Positions 21,738 through 31,464 of a stretch of 64,000 nt of DNA are shown piece after piece. A program made the translations under genes and the position numbers. Every line of letters begins with the position of its first letter. Position 1 is the stretch's first letter. The DNA comes from Deltaproteobacteria bacterium (GTDB lineage Bacteria > Desulfobacterota > Binatia > HRBIN30). The stretch lies in contig JACQEN010000136.1 in the NCBI GenBank assembly GCA_016200585.1, forward strand, positions 19,499 to 83,498, read 5' to 3'. Below the pieces are notes generated by a model. That model saw only the letters and a program-made list of their open reading frames with translations, was not told the DNA's origin and ran no database searches.

Positions 21738-21776
21738 CTTCGAACCAGTAGGTCGGGAGTTCGAATCTCTCCGGGC
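21738..21776 (+). repeat. direct repeat copy 2 (39 bp), an orphan tRNA-Arg 3'-half fragment (att-like scar)
   Basis: CTTCGAACCAGTAGGTCGGGAGTTCGAATCTCTCCGGGC is identical to tRNA-Arg positions 32-70. The flanks diverge immediately on both sides. Confidence 0.9.
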
Positions 21777-21991
21777 TCGCTCAGGAAAGCCTCGCAGCTT
21801 TCACCGGTTGCGGGGCTTTCATTCTGAGCGCCCGAGCTGCGAGTTTAGGGCGAGCCGCGGATCCGGGTGTTGGGCGAACACCTTTGTTCGCGCTCCATCT
21901 CGGCGGAGCCACGCGCGGGAAGTGCTGACGAAACACGGATCAGGCCCAGCAGCTCGGGTGGCGGCAGCTCTTTCCAATTCCTAACGCGGGA

Positions 21992-23596
21992 TCAAAACCC
22001 ACCACGAACAGCACGCACGTAGTACTGAGCGCTTTTTCCAGTGAAGTTGGTCGCCCATACTGTGCCGTCGTTGAAGTCGACCCTCCACGCGTTCGCTGGA
22101 TCGGGTGCATACGTTGTAGACGACCAATAAAGATTGTTCTCTGAGAGGCCGAGCGTCCCGTCGATACAGGGATTGGATGCACAGGTGCATGCTCCTCCTG
22201 TGCAAGCGGTGTCCAAGAGGATAGTTTGCAGCTCGGCTAGTGTCGGCAGACGCCAGCCGTTCGCTCCGGCAAAACCAGCGTCGCCGTTTATCGCCAGCAA
22301 GAAGCCGCTGAACGCCGTGCCACTCTCTGCGTACGGTGCGCCCGTGCTCCATGTGTATGAATCGCCTTGGTCGTGGATACTGATGGGCAAAGAGACCTTC
22401 ACGATTCCGACTGAAGATTGCGTAAACCAGAGGTTGGCGTCCGGCCCGGTAGTAATCGAAAATGCCGGGTGCCCCGTTTGAATGGGATACTCGGTGAACA
22501 CGCCTGCGGTGGTTACCCGCCAAATGCTTAAGGGCATTGTGAACCAGAGATTGCCGTCGGGGCCAGCGGTGATCTCCTCTATGAAGTAAAACTGCTGAGG
22601 GATGGTGTACTCGGTGAACATACCCGAAGTCGTTACCTTGCCTATTTTATTGAGCCCTTCTTCTGTAAACCAGAGATTGCCGTCCGGGCCAGCAGTGATG
22701 CTTCTCGGCGTGCTGCTCGCCGTGGGGACGGGATACTCAGTGAACACACCCGCAGTCGTCAGCTTGCCAATGCTGTTCGCAGAATACTCCGTAAACCATA
22801 GGTTGCCGTCCGGGCCGGCAGTGATGCTTCCTGGCCCGCTGCTCGCGGTGGGGATGGGATATTCAATGAAAACACCCGCGGTCGTCACCCTTCCAATGGC
22901 GTTTGCCCCAATCTCCGTAAACCAGAGGTTACCGTCCGGACCGGCAGTGATGCTTTCCGGCCCGCTATTCGCCGTGGGGATGGGATACTCCGTGAACATA
23001 CCCCCAGTCGTCACCCGGCCAATGTTATTGGCGATATTTTCCGTGAACCAGAGGTTGCCGTCCGGACCAGCAGTGATGCTTTCCGGCCCGCTACTCGCCG
23101 TGGGGGTGGCGTACTCGGTGAACACACCCACGGTGTTCATCTTTACAACGTGGTGGTTCGGTGCGCTTCCATCAGTAAACCATAGGTTGCCGTCCGGACC
23201 AACCGTAATGCTGCCAGGATTCTGGGTGGTGGGGTACTCGGTGAACTTGTTGGGTGTCTTCTTCTCCCATACGAGTCCGCTCAGATTGTCCGCTACCGTA
23301 CCGTCCCCGTTGTCAGTGAAACGCACACCGACACACGAGCTGGTCCCGAACGCCGCATTCGATTGGAATGTTCCCCATATCTTGAAATAGCTGCGCCGGC
23401 ATCGCGCGAACGTCGTCGACTTGTCGAAGATGATACCCTTCGCGTCTTTCGCAACCGCTTTATTGACGCACCCTAAGTACGTTTTCCATGCGTTGATCCG
23501 GGCGCTGTCACAGCGCTGCTGCGGTGTCGAGGCGAGTGCCGCCGTGGCGTACAGGAAGGTGGCGTAGCGCACGAGTGTCCAACCTGCCTTGGTCAT
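21992..23596 (-). CDS. secreted Vgb (streptogramin-lyase)-like beta-propeller repeat protein embedded in a split DUF1566 (Lcl C-terminal-like) domain
   Basis: Signal peptide MTKAGWTLVRYATFLYATAALA. At least seven blades carry (S)ITAGPDGNLWFTE...G(V/M)FTEYP(I/V)PTA, as in Vgb-family propellers. The N-terminal VRFTDNGDGTVADNLSGLVWEKK and the C-terminal GWRLPTLAELQ...YWSSTTYAPDPANAWRVDFNDGTVWATNFTGKSAQYYVRAVRGG match the two halves of DUF1566. Confidence 0.7.
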   Translation of the reverse strand: MTKAGWTLVRYATFLYATAALASTPQQRCDSARINAWKTYLGCVNKAVAKDAKGIIFDKSTTFARCRRSYFKIWGTFQSNAAFGTSSCVGVRFTDNGDGTVADNLSGLVWEKKTPNKFTEYPTTQNPGSITVGPDGNLWFTDGSAPNHHVVKMNTVGVFTEYATPTASSGPESITAGPDGNLWFTENIANNIGRVTTGGMFTEYPIPTANSGPESITAGPDGNLWFTEIGANAIGRVTTAGVFIEYPIPTASSGPGSITAGPDGNLWFTEYSANSIGKLTTAGVFTEYPVPTASSTPRSITAGPDGNLWFTEEGLNKIGKVTTSGMFTEYTIPQQFYFIEEITAGPDGNLWFTMPLSIWRVTTAGVFTEYPIQTGHPAFSITTGPDANLWFTQSSVGIVKVSLPISIHDQGDSYTWSTGAPYAESGTAFSGFLLAINGDAGFAGANGWRLPTLAELQTILLDTACTGGACTCASNPCIDGTLGLSENNLYWSSTTYAPDPANAWRVDFNDGTVWATNFTGKSAQYYVRAVRGGF

Positions 23597-23856
23597 ATCG
23601 CCCCTCCTTCGCAGTTAGTCGTAAGCTTTAGCGGGTAGCCCCATGGTGGCACCTTTTGCAACCCGCACCACATAACATGTCGAGATTGAACGTAACGAAA
23701 TCTTTGCACGATTCGTATACGGCGCGGACAGACCGGCTGTCAACGAGCTGTGCGGAGTCGCAAAGAACGAGTTGCAAAGAACGTGAGGATTGCGACTGAA
23801 CCGGCGGCTAGTAAGAGATCTCCGTCGAGCGAGCTTCTGAACGATGTCTCGAGATC

Positions 23857-25503
23857 TCACTGGCCGACGGCAAATAGCGTCCCGTTGTTGATCGCGTACA
23901 CCGCCCCGTCGGGGCCGATCAGCGTCGGCGTGTACGCTTCACCGAGTCCTGGAGTCAAAACGAGCGTCTGGGCGAGCGTGCCACTTGCCATGTCCCAACG
24001 ATACAGTTTGCCGTCTTCGCTGTTTGCCAAAACCGCTTTGCCGATCGGGTCGACGGCCGCCGTGTTGATACACCATTCGCGCACGGCATTGGGGAAGGTC
24101 GGCGTAAATTCCGGGTCGGGCGTTACTCCGGCAACCGTGAGAATCTCCTTCATCACGGTCGCTCCCGAAATCGCATCGAGCATCGAATCGTTGGGATCGA
24201 GAACCGCAAGCCGGTTGACGCCATCGCCGCCGATCCCAGCGTAGTTGTTGTACTTGGTCATGAGGAGATAGGTCGACACTCCGGAGTAGGAAGGGACCAT
24301 CGTGCTCGGGACGATCGAGGCCGTGTCGTCCCAGCCGAACGAGCCGGCAAACGGTTTGGGATTCAACGCCGCGTCGAAGTGCAGAAGCCAACCGCGGTCG
24401 TTGTGCGATGGGAAAGGATTTTCCAGGACACCGAAGTAAACGTCACCATCAGGACCCACGGTCGGCGATGCCGTGCCATCGTCGTGCAGCGCTGCGTCGA
24501 GTCCCGAAGCCGGATCGGTCAGGCGGACCTTGTTGACCGTGGCCAAGCTGGTGCTGTCGAGCTCGAGCAAGTAGCCGGGCGCCGAGCCGAGTCCGTCGCC
24601 TTGGCTGACGGCGACGTAGAGCTTGCTTCCGTCGAGGCTCAAGGCGGGTGCCGAATTGTGTGCCACCTTGGTGATGGCCGGATCGCCGGCGGCGGTTGCG
24701 GCCGACACCCACGATCCGATACCCGCGTCGGTCAGGCGCGCGATGCCGCTGGACAGGTTCACCGGTGTGGCGCCGATTACCTGGAAGCCGAAGTAGACGG
24801 TTCCGGCGCCGTCAGAAGAGAGTGGCGTGTTGATGAAGACGTTTTGACGGTAGACGCGCCGATGGGCGCGATAGGCGCTCGAACCGTAGAAGGCCCAGCG
24901 CTGTGTCTTGGCGCCGAGCCGTCCGTCGGGATTGGTGCGCGACCATACAGTGCCGCCGCCGCCCGGGTACCACAGCTTGCCGAGTGCCGAGATGGTCGGC
25001 GCGAAGCTCGGCGTCCAATCGTGCGGCGGCAGCTTGTAGTCGGACGATCGTTTCCAAATGCGGACGCCATCCGCAGCGCGCCGCGCTTCGACCCGAAAGC
25101 CCTCGAGTGTCCCGGTCTTCACCGGCACGATGATCGTGTTGGCGCCTGTGATCAGCGCTGAGCCGTAGTGGATCAGCAGGTCGCTGCCGGAATACTGCGG
25201 CCGCAGATCGACCGGCGTATGCCAGAGGATCCGGTTGATCGGTTGGCTGGCAACATTCGATAGGGCCGTGTGCTGCCCGTCGCGCGCGTACCCGCCCCAG
25301 CTCGGTGGTGCGGCGGTGGCGGCGGCAGACAGCAGACATACGAACAAGAGGGGACTGGCGATAGAGTAGCCGATGCTTTTCACACACGCGTTGCTACCAC
25401 GCTCGTCGGCCACTGGGTACGGAAAACTTTGCGCTTCGTTGATCGGCGCCGGCTCTTCGGCGGTACTTGAGCGATCGCTTGAGCCGGACAGGGGTGGGGG
25501 CAA
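23857..25503 (-). CDS. secreted hypothetical beta-propeller-like protein (PQQ/BamB-like repeats)
   Basis: N-terminal hydrophobic signal (SIASPLLFVCLLSAAATAA). Repeated ...GPDGDVYFG..., ...LYVAVSQGDG..., ...GPDGAVYAINNGTLFAVGQ motifs. No catalytic motif recognised. The start codon is uncertain. Confidence 0.45.
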   Translation of the reverse strand: MPPPLSGSSDRSSTAEEPAPINEAQSFPYPVADERGSNACVKSIGYSIASPLLFVCLLSAAATAAPPSWGGYARDGQHTALSNVASQPINRILWHTPVDLRPQYSGSDLLIHYGSALITGANTIIVPVKTGTLEGFRVEARRAADGVRIWKRSSDYKLPPHDWTPSFAPTISALGKLWYPGGGGTVWSRTNPDGRLGAKTQRWAFYGSSAYRAHRRVYRQNVFINTPLSSDGAGTVYFGFQVIGATPVNLSSGIARLTDAGIGSWVSAATAAGDPAITKVAHNSAPALSLDGSKLYVAVSQGDGLGSAPGYLLELDSTSLATVNKVRLTDPASGLDAALHDDGTASPTVGPDGDVYFGVLENPFPSHNDRGWLLHFDAALNPKPFAGSFGWDDTASIVPSTMVPSYSGVSTYLLMTKYNNYAGIGGDGVNRLAVLDPNDSMLDAISGATVMKEILTVAGVTPDPEFTPTFPNAVREWCINTAAVDPIGKAVLANSEDGKLYRWDMASGTLAQTLVLTPGLGEAYTPTLIGPDGAVYAINNGTLFAVGQ

Positions 25504-25548
25504 CGCAAGTTCTTGGGACGGTGACTAGGGTTTGCTCGGCTGCGTCGT

Positions 25549-26553
25549 TCAGCCGCCGAGCTGATACATGTTTCGATCTTCGGTGGAGACGCCGCGTTCG
25601 AGATGGTGGCCCGTCGGCTTGGCCCCGACGGCGCGCAACAACGTCTTACCGATCATCTCGTCCGATGAGCCGTTGCGTATGGCCGTGCGTACGTCGAGCT
25701 CGTCGTCGTTGAGCAGGCAAAGGTGGAACTTGCCGTCGGCGGTGAGACGCATGCGGTTGCAATTGCCGCAATACGGCTGGCTCACCGGGCTGATCATGCC
25801 GATGATGCCGCGCGCCTTCGGCAGGCGATAGTTGAGCGATTCGTCGGCCGGATGCTGGTCGGGCAGCAGCGAAAGCGGCCCCAGGCTTTGCTCGATGCGC
25901 TCCTTGGTGTCGCGATTCGATACGTACTGCGACAGCGCCACGCGTGCGCATTCGCCGCCCCCGAGCGGCATGAGCTCGATGAAGCGGACAGACCAATCGT
26001 GCTCCAGCGTCAGCTGCGCGAGGTCGACCACGTCCTCGTCGTTGTAGCCACGGGTCACGACGACGTTGAGCTTCAGCGGCGTGAGATTGGCGGCCTCTGC
26101 TGCCTGGATTCCTGCCCAGATCTCTTCGAGAGTTCCGAAGCGCATCACACGCTGCAAACGTCCAGGGTGCAGCGTGTCGAGATGGATGTTCACCCGGCGC
26201 AGTCCTGCCGTCTTGAGTCGTTTGGCGAGATGCGGCAGGAGGATGCCGTTGGTGGTCATGGCGAGATCGTGTGTGCCGGGGAGCCGGCCGATGCGTTCGA
26301 CAATCTCGAGCAGATCGGGCCGCAGCGTCGGCTCTCCGCCGGTCAGCCGGAACTTGCGAAAGCCGACAGCCAGCGCGGCGCGTGCCACCCGCTCGAGCTC
26401 TGTGGCGCTCAGAAGATCACCGGACGTAGAAAACTTCAGCCCGCTGAGCGGCATGCAGTAGACGCAGCGAAGGTTACAGTGGTCGATGATCGATATCCGG
26501 AGATAGTCGATCTCACGCCCGAACGAGTCCAAAGGCATAGGGGCTCGTCTCAC
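25549..26553 (-). CDS. moaA: GTP 3',8-cyclase (molybdenum cofactor biosynthesis protein A)
   Basis: Radical-SAM CNLRCVYC motif near the N-terminus, a MoaA-specific C-terminal Cys cluster (CGNCNRMRLTADG), and the GG tail. 334 aa. Confidence 0.9.
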   Translation of the reverse strand: MRRAPMPLDSFGREIDYLRISIIDHCNLRCVYCMPLSGLKFSTSGDLLSATELERVARAALAVGFRKFRLTGGEPTLRPDLLEIVERIGRLPGTHDLAMTTNGILLPHLAKRLKTAGLRRVNIHLDTLHPGRLQRVMRFGTLEEIWAGIQAAEAANLTPLKLNVVVTRGYNDEDVVDLAQLTLEHDWSVRFIELMPLGGGECARVALSQYVSNRDTKERIEQSLGPLSLLPDQHPADESLNYRLPKARGIIGMISPVSQPYCGNCNRMRLTADGKFHLCLLNDDELDVRTAIRNGSSDEMIGKTLLRAVGAKPTGHHLERGVSTEDRNMYQLGG

Positions 26554-26633
26554 CGGAATCGACGGTTAAGTCAAGCAGCCCGTTTCAACCATTGCTACCT
26601 GCAGCGATCGGGGCCATAATCCTCAGGCCGGTC

Positions 26634-27356
26634 ATGACCCTGTACACGTGGTATCAATCGGACATCGGGCTTGTCCGTCCTTCCAATCAGGACGCCCTCG
26701 GGTGCTTTCCGGAGGAAAGGCTGTTCATTGTCGCCGATGGAATGGGCGGACATGCGGATGGCCATGTCGCCAGTCGTCTTGCCGTCGATACGATCCATGA
26801 GGAAATCGCCGCCGGTGGAAACGATCTCGACGACGATGGCGGGCGCGTGCGCAAGGCCATCGTTGCCGCACATGAGAAGATTCGCGCTGCCGCTGCCGGA
26901 CGCGTCGGCACCGCGGCCATGGGGACGACCGTGGTGGTGCTGCGCTTGTCGAAGACCGGCGACAATGCCGACTGGGGGCACGTCGGGGATAGCCGTCTCT
27001 ACCGCATGCGACGCGGTACCCTCGAGCTGCTGACCGTCGACCATACGGCGTTCGGTGAATCGTATCGTGATGCAGGCGTTGTCCCGCTTGATCTGCCACA
27101 TACGCACCAATTGCTCGAAGCCCTCGGTGCGGGGGATGAACCTGCCGTGAGTATTGGTTCCGCTCAAGTGATGGACGGCGATTTGTTCCTGCTCTGTAGC
27201 GATGGCCTTTCGTCCACGGTTGAGCCGTTCAATTTGGTGCAAGAGCTCGCCGTAGGACGTGAGTTGGCAACCGTCGGGGCATCTTTGTTTGAGCTTGCGC
27301 ATGCGGCAGGGGCTCCCGACAATATTTCGAGCGTGCTGATTCGCGTCGCGAAGTAG
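26634..27356 (+). CDS. PP2C-family Ser/Thr protein phosphatase
   Basis: QSDIGLVRPSNQDA...FIVADGMGGHADGHVASRLAV...LCSDGL are the hallmark PPM motifs. The start was taken at the internal Met (MTLYTW). Confidence 0.85.
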   Translation: MTLYTWYQSDIGLVRPSNQDALGCFPEERLFIVADGMGGHADGHVASRLAVDTIHEEIAAGGNDLDDDGGRVRKAIVAAHEKIRAAAAGRVGTAAMGTTVVVLRLSKTGDNADWGHVGDSRLYRMRRGTLELLTVDHTAFGESYRDAGVVPLDLPHTHQLLEALGAGDEPAVSIGSAQVMDGDLFLLCSDGLSSTVEPFNLVQELAVGRELATVGASLFELAHAAGAPDNISSVLIRVAK

Positions 27357-27412
27357 ATCGGCGATAGGTAGCGCTCTTGGAGCGCTTCTGCTTCGCACCA
27401 CGCGAGAGTAGT

Positions 27413-27440
27413 CGCAGCAAGTGCCTTTGTGCTGTTTTAT
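27413..27440 (+). terminator. candidate intrinsic terminator downstream of the PP2C gene (stem CAGCA..TGCTG followed by TTTTAT)
   Basis: Read from the sequence. Weak stem, so low confidence. Confidence 0.3.
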
Positions 27441-27660
27441 GAAAAAGCTCCGTATCTGATCCGCAATCGGTTGGCTCGGGAAGGAAACGACGTTGCGATT
27501 GCCAGTTCGAAGACTCAACGCGGAGCAAAGCACCGCCACGACGGCGCGCTGCAATGAAACAGATAGTGGCTATTCAGCACAAACAGATATGTTCCTGCCG
27601 TGAGCGGAAAAAGGTGCGGATCGGATGGCGAGTTGAAGGGCTGGTGCAAGCCGGGGCTGG

Positions 27661-29024
27661 CTAGTCGAAGTGGGGTTGTCTCTGCCGGGCGCGCCAGAGG
27701 TAGTACACCGGGATGCCGCTGGTGACGATCAGCAAGCCCGGCCAGGTGTAGCGCGGCTTGACGATCAGGAGGTCGAGCATGATCAAGCTCGACAAGACGA
27801 TGTATAGCGCCGGCAGGAGCGGGTAGCCGATGGCCCGATAGGGGCGGGGTGCATCGGGTTGAGTCGTTCGCAGGACGAAGATGGCGCCGGCCGTGACGGC
27901 GTAGAACAACAATGCCGCGAAGATCACGTAGTCGAGCAAGTCACCGTAGGTTCCGGATAGTGTGAGCACCGCGGCCCAGATAGCTTGAAGCACGAGTGCG
28001 GCCGCCGGCACACGACGCGTGTTCAGGTAACCGGTAATTTCGAAAAACAGCCCGTCGCGCGCCATCGCGTAGTAGACGCGTGCCCCCGCAAGGACGATGC
28101 CGTTTACGCAACCGAACGTCGAGATCATGATGGCGACCGCCATGACGATGGCTCCGCTCGGGCCCAGGCTTGCTTCCATGGCTGCCGTTGCGACGCGATC
28201 GCTGGCCGCGTGTTGGATGCCGCGGCCGATGACGTCGGTGGCGGCGGCGTCGCCGTGTAGTGGCAAGGCGCCGAGGTACACAAGGTTGGCCGCGAGATAG
28301 AGCGTGGTGACGAGAATGGTTCCGGCGGCCAAGCTCACCGGGACCGTCCGCGCCGGGTCGCGCACCTCCGCCGCAGCAAAGGTGATGTTGTTCCAGGCGT
28401 CGGAAGAGAACAGCGCCCCAACCATTGCGGCGCCGAAGATCGGAAGAATCCCCCAGGAAAACCCGTTACCCCAGAAGTTGCCGATGTTGGCTCGAAGCGC
28501 GGCTTGGTTGTGTCCGAGCAACAACCCGAATCCGACCAGTATCAGCAAGGAACCGACCTTGGTGGCAGTGAAGATGTCTGTTGCCCGGAGAGCGGCAGCG
28601 ATCCGAGGTGGTACTGTGCATCGAGCGCCGGCAGCAGTACGGCACTGAACTTGGCGAAGGCGACTGCAACGGCGGCGATGGTTCCGGTCTGAATGACGGT
28701 GAACAGAGTCCAGCCATAGAGGAAGCCGGTGAGGGAACCGTACGCTTCGCGCAGGTAGACGTACTGGCCGCCGGCACGCGGCATCATCGCTGCCAACTCG
28801 CCGTAGGTCAGTGCCCCGACCACGGTCACGATGCTGCTGAGAATCCACACCGCCAGGAGCCACACCGGCGCCTCGAGCTGACGCGCAATGTCGGCGGAGA
28901 CGATGAAGACACCCGAGCCGATCATGGAACCGGCTACGACCGCGGTTGCATCCCACAGCCCGAGCCCGCGTACGAAGGCTTCTTCGTGCCTCGGCGGAAT
29001 CGTCTGCGGCGTTCGCTCGAGCAT
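27661..29024 (-). pseudogene. APC-superfamily amino-acid permease, interrupted by a frameshift near 28590-28620
   Basis: The N-terminal half (ORF 28542..29024: GSMIGSGVFIV...GGQYVYLREAYG...) and the C-terminal half (distal part of ORF 27661..30318: ...ITFAAAEVRDPARTVP...LFYAVTAGAIFVLR...) are both APC-like. They lie in different frames (length 1364 nt, not divisible by 3). The upstream part of the long ORF is Arg-rich non-coding-like. Confidence 0.6.
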
Positions 29025-29084
29025 CCTGACCGTGTGCGTCGTTCGCTGGCCTGGTGACTGCGAAGGCGTTCGTCGAGATCGAGT

Positions 29085-30557
29085 CTAGCGCTTGCGCGAT
29101 GTCTTCGGCGTCGCCGTTTGCGCGCTCAAGTGAGCCGCCAGCAGGCTGTGGTGACGGCCGTAGGTGAAGTAGATCACCAGCCCCACGGCCAGCCAGACGA
29201 AGAGACGCAGCCAGTTCTCCCAGCCGAGAGCAAACATCATCGCCAGATTGCTGAGCATGCCCAGGATGGGAACAACGGGTACGAAAGGCGTGCGGAAGGG
29301 ACGCGGTACATCCGGGTTCGTGCGCCGCATCACCAACACCGCGGCGCAGACGATGACGAAGGCCATGAGTGTGCCGATGTTGACCAGGTCGGCGAGAATC
29401 TTCAGCGGAAACAAAGCGGCGACCGTTGCGACCAGGACGCCGGTGAGAATCGTCGCCTTGTGCGGCGTGCGAAAACGTGGGTGCACATCGCCGAAGAAAT
29501 GGCGCGGGATGAGCCCGTCGCGCGCCATCGCCAGGAGAATGCGCGCCTGGCTCAGCAGCAACACGAGCAGGACGCTGGTGATGCCGACGACCGCGCCGAG
29601 CGAGATAAGAAACATCGCGACGTTCAGCCCGCGCGCTTCGAAGGCACGCGCCACCGGAGCGTTGATGTCGATCTGGCTGTAAGGAACCATGCCGGTGAGC
29701 ACGCCGGCAACCAGGATATACAGGATCGTACACAACGTCAGCGACGCGATGATGCCGATGGGCACGTCGCGCTGCGGATTCTTGGCTTCTTCGGCGTGTG
29801 TCGAAACCGAATCGAACCCGATATACGCAAAGAAGATGTAGGCAGCGCCCTTCAGCACGCCACCGTATCCGAATGGCAGGAACGGGTGCCAGTTCTCGGT
29901 CTTTACGTACGCCGAACCAAGGGTGATGACGAAGAAAACAACGGCGAGCTTGAGCAGCACCATGGCGGCGTTGAAACGCGCACTCTCGCGGATGCCGACG
30001 ACCAGAATGACGGTGATGAACAAGACGACCAGCGCCGCCAGCAGGTTGCAGTAGCCACCGGTAGCAATCCACTCCTGCTTCACCGGGTCGAAATCGATCG
30101 GGTTGGCGGTGATCGCCGTCGGCAGCTTGATGCCGAACAAGCCGATGAAAGAGATGAAGTAGTGCGACCAGCCGTGCGCCACGGTGCTCGACGCCACGGC
30201 GTATTCGAGGACGAGGTCCCAGCCGATGATCCAAGCGAGCAGCTCGCCCAACGTCGCGTAGGCGTACGCGTAGGCGCTGCCGGCAACCGGAACCATGGCC
30301 GCAAACTCGGCGTAACACAGGGCGGCCAGGGCGCAGCCGAACCCGGCGGCAACAAACGACAACATCAAGCCCGGCCCGGCGTAGTCGTGAGCGGCGAGAC
30401 CGGTGAGCACGAAGATGCCGGCCCCGATGATCGCGCCGACACCCAGCGCCGTCAGTGAAACCGGCCCGAGTACGCGCCGCAGCCGGTTGTCGCTCGCCAT
30501 TTCGGCGTGCAACATTTCGATGCTCTTGATGGAAAAAAGTTGTTTGCGCAGATCCAT
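29085..30557 (-). CDS. APC-family amino-acid permease (cationic amino acid transporter-like)
   Basis: 490 aa, 12-14 TM. N-terminal LTALGVGAIIGAGIFVLTG...GPGLMLSFVAAGF, typical of CAT/AAT-family permeases. Confidence 0.85.
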   Translation of the reverse strand: MDLRKQLFSIKSIEMLHAEMASDNRLRRVLGPVSLTALGVGAIIGAGIFVLTGLAAHDYAGPGLMLSFVAAGFGCALAALCYAEFAAMVPVAGSAYAYAYATLGELLAWIIGWDLVLEYAVASSTVAHGWSHYFISFIGLFGIKLPTAITANPIDFDPVKQEWIATGGYCNLLAALVVLFITVILVVGIRESARFNAAMVLLKLAVVFFVITLGSAYVKTENWHPFLPFGYGGVLKGAAYIFFAYIGFDSVSTHAEEAKNPQRDVPIGIIASLTLCTILYILVAGVLTGMVPYSQIDINAPVARAFEARGLNVAMFLISLGAVVGITSVLLVLLLSQARILLAMARDGLIPRHFFGDVHPRFRTPHKATILTGVLVATVAALFPLKILADLVNIGTLMAFVIVCAAVLVMRRTNPDVPRPFRTPFVPVVPILGMLSNLAMMFALGWENWLRLFVWLAVGLVIYFTYGRHHSLLAAHLSAQTATPKTSRKR

Positions 30558-30602
30558 GGCGTCAAAAAATCCTGCGCACCATATGGGAAGGGGTAGGGGG
30601 CG

Positions 30603-31418
30603 TCAACGCAAGAGTGCGAGCACGAGTAGTCCGAAGAGAATGCGGTAGTAGCCGAAACCGGAAAGCGTGTGTCGCTGGACGAAGCCGATGAACAGGCGGA
30701 CGACGATCCATGCCGAAATGAACGAAACAACGAAGCCAACGGCCAACGACAGAACGTCGGCACCGATCAATTCGTGCCGCGCTTTGAAAAGACTGTAGAG
30801 GCTCGCCGCCGCCAGCGTCGGAATCGAGAGGTAGAACGAAAACTGCGTTGCCGTCGGACGCGACAGGCCGGCGAGCATGCCGCCGAAGATGGTCGCCGCA
30901 GCGCGCGACATGCCCGGAATGAGCGACAACACCTGCGCCAGGCCCACCCAGCCGGCATCGGCCCAGCCGCTGCGTTCGATCTCCGTCACCCGCGGCTGCC
31001 AAACACGCCGTTCGAGAGCGATGATGACGATGCCGCCGGCGATCAGCGTCGCGGCGACGACGCGCGGGCTGAACAGGTGCTCCTCGATGGCGTGATGAAA
31101 GAGAAAGCCCGCTGCCGCCGCGGGGAGAAACGCGAAAAGGACTTTGCCGATCAGTGCGCGCGCGACCGAATCATCCGGCGCTCGCCGCAGCACCCCGAGC
31201 AAGTGGTCACGGTAATGCCAGACGACGGCGAGGATGGCACCGAGCTGGATGAAGATCTCAAAGGTGGCGCGCTGCGCCTCGGGGTAGTCGATCCATGCCG
31301 AGGCGACGATCAAGTGTCCGGTCGAGGAAACCGGCAAGAACTCGGTTACCCCTTCGACAATTCCCAGAATGATGGCTTTCCAAACGAGCATCGCGGCGGG
31401 CGTATAGCAGAGCCGCAA
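30603..31418 (-). CDS. uppP: undecaprenyl-diphosphate phosphatase
   Basis: 271 aa. GIVEGVTEFLPVSSTGHL and PGMSRAAATI motifs of BacA/UppP. Confidence 0.9.
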   Translation of the reverse strand: MRLCYTPAAMLVWKAIILGIVEGVTEFLPVSSTGHLIVASAWIDYPEAQRATFEIFIQLGAILAVVWHYRDHLLGVLRRAPDDSVARALIGKVLFAFLPAAAAGFLFHHAIEEHLFSPRVVAATLIAGGIVIIALERRVWQPRVTEIERSGWADAGWVGLAQVLSLIPGMSRAAATIFGGMLAGLSRPTATQFSFYLSIPTLAAASLYSLFKARHELIGADVLSLAVGFVVSFISAWIVVRLFIGFVQRHTLSGFGYYRILFGLLVLALLR

Positions 31419-31464
31419 GGGTAGGTGGAATCAAAATGGCATCTATGCTCTGACAGCGACTTCG

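Noticed and set aside
21777-21991. Possible second tRNA gene at the downstream repeat
   Set aside because: Only nucleotides 32-70 of the tRNA are present. The sequence 5' of it (ATTTCGC) cannot form the D-arm or acceptor stem, so it is a fragment, not a gene.
22602-23390. 262-aa ORF with internal repeats on the plus strand
   Set aside because: It is the antisense reading of the Vgb-like blade repeats. The periodic sequence comes from the repeats on the opposite strand, not from an independent gene.
27661-30318. 885-aa ORF on the minus strand
   Set aside because: It is a chimera. Only its distal part (about 27661-28600) is the APC permease C-terminus. The remainder is Arg/Gly/His-rich and runs antisense across the second APC permease gene (29085..30557), a typical spurious long ORF in GC-rich DNA.
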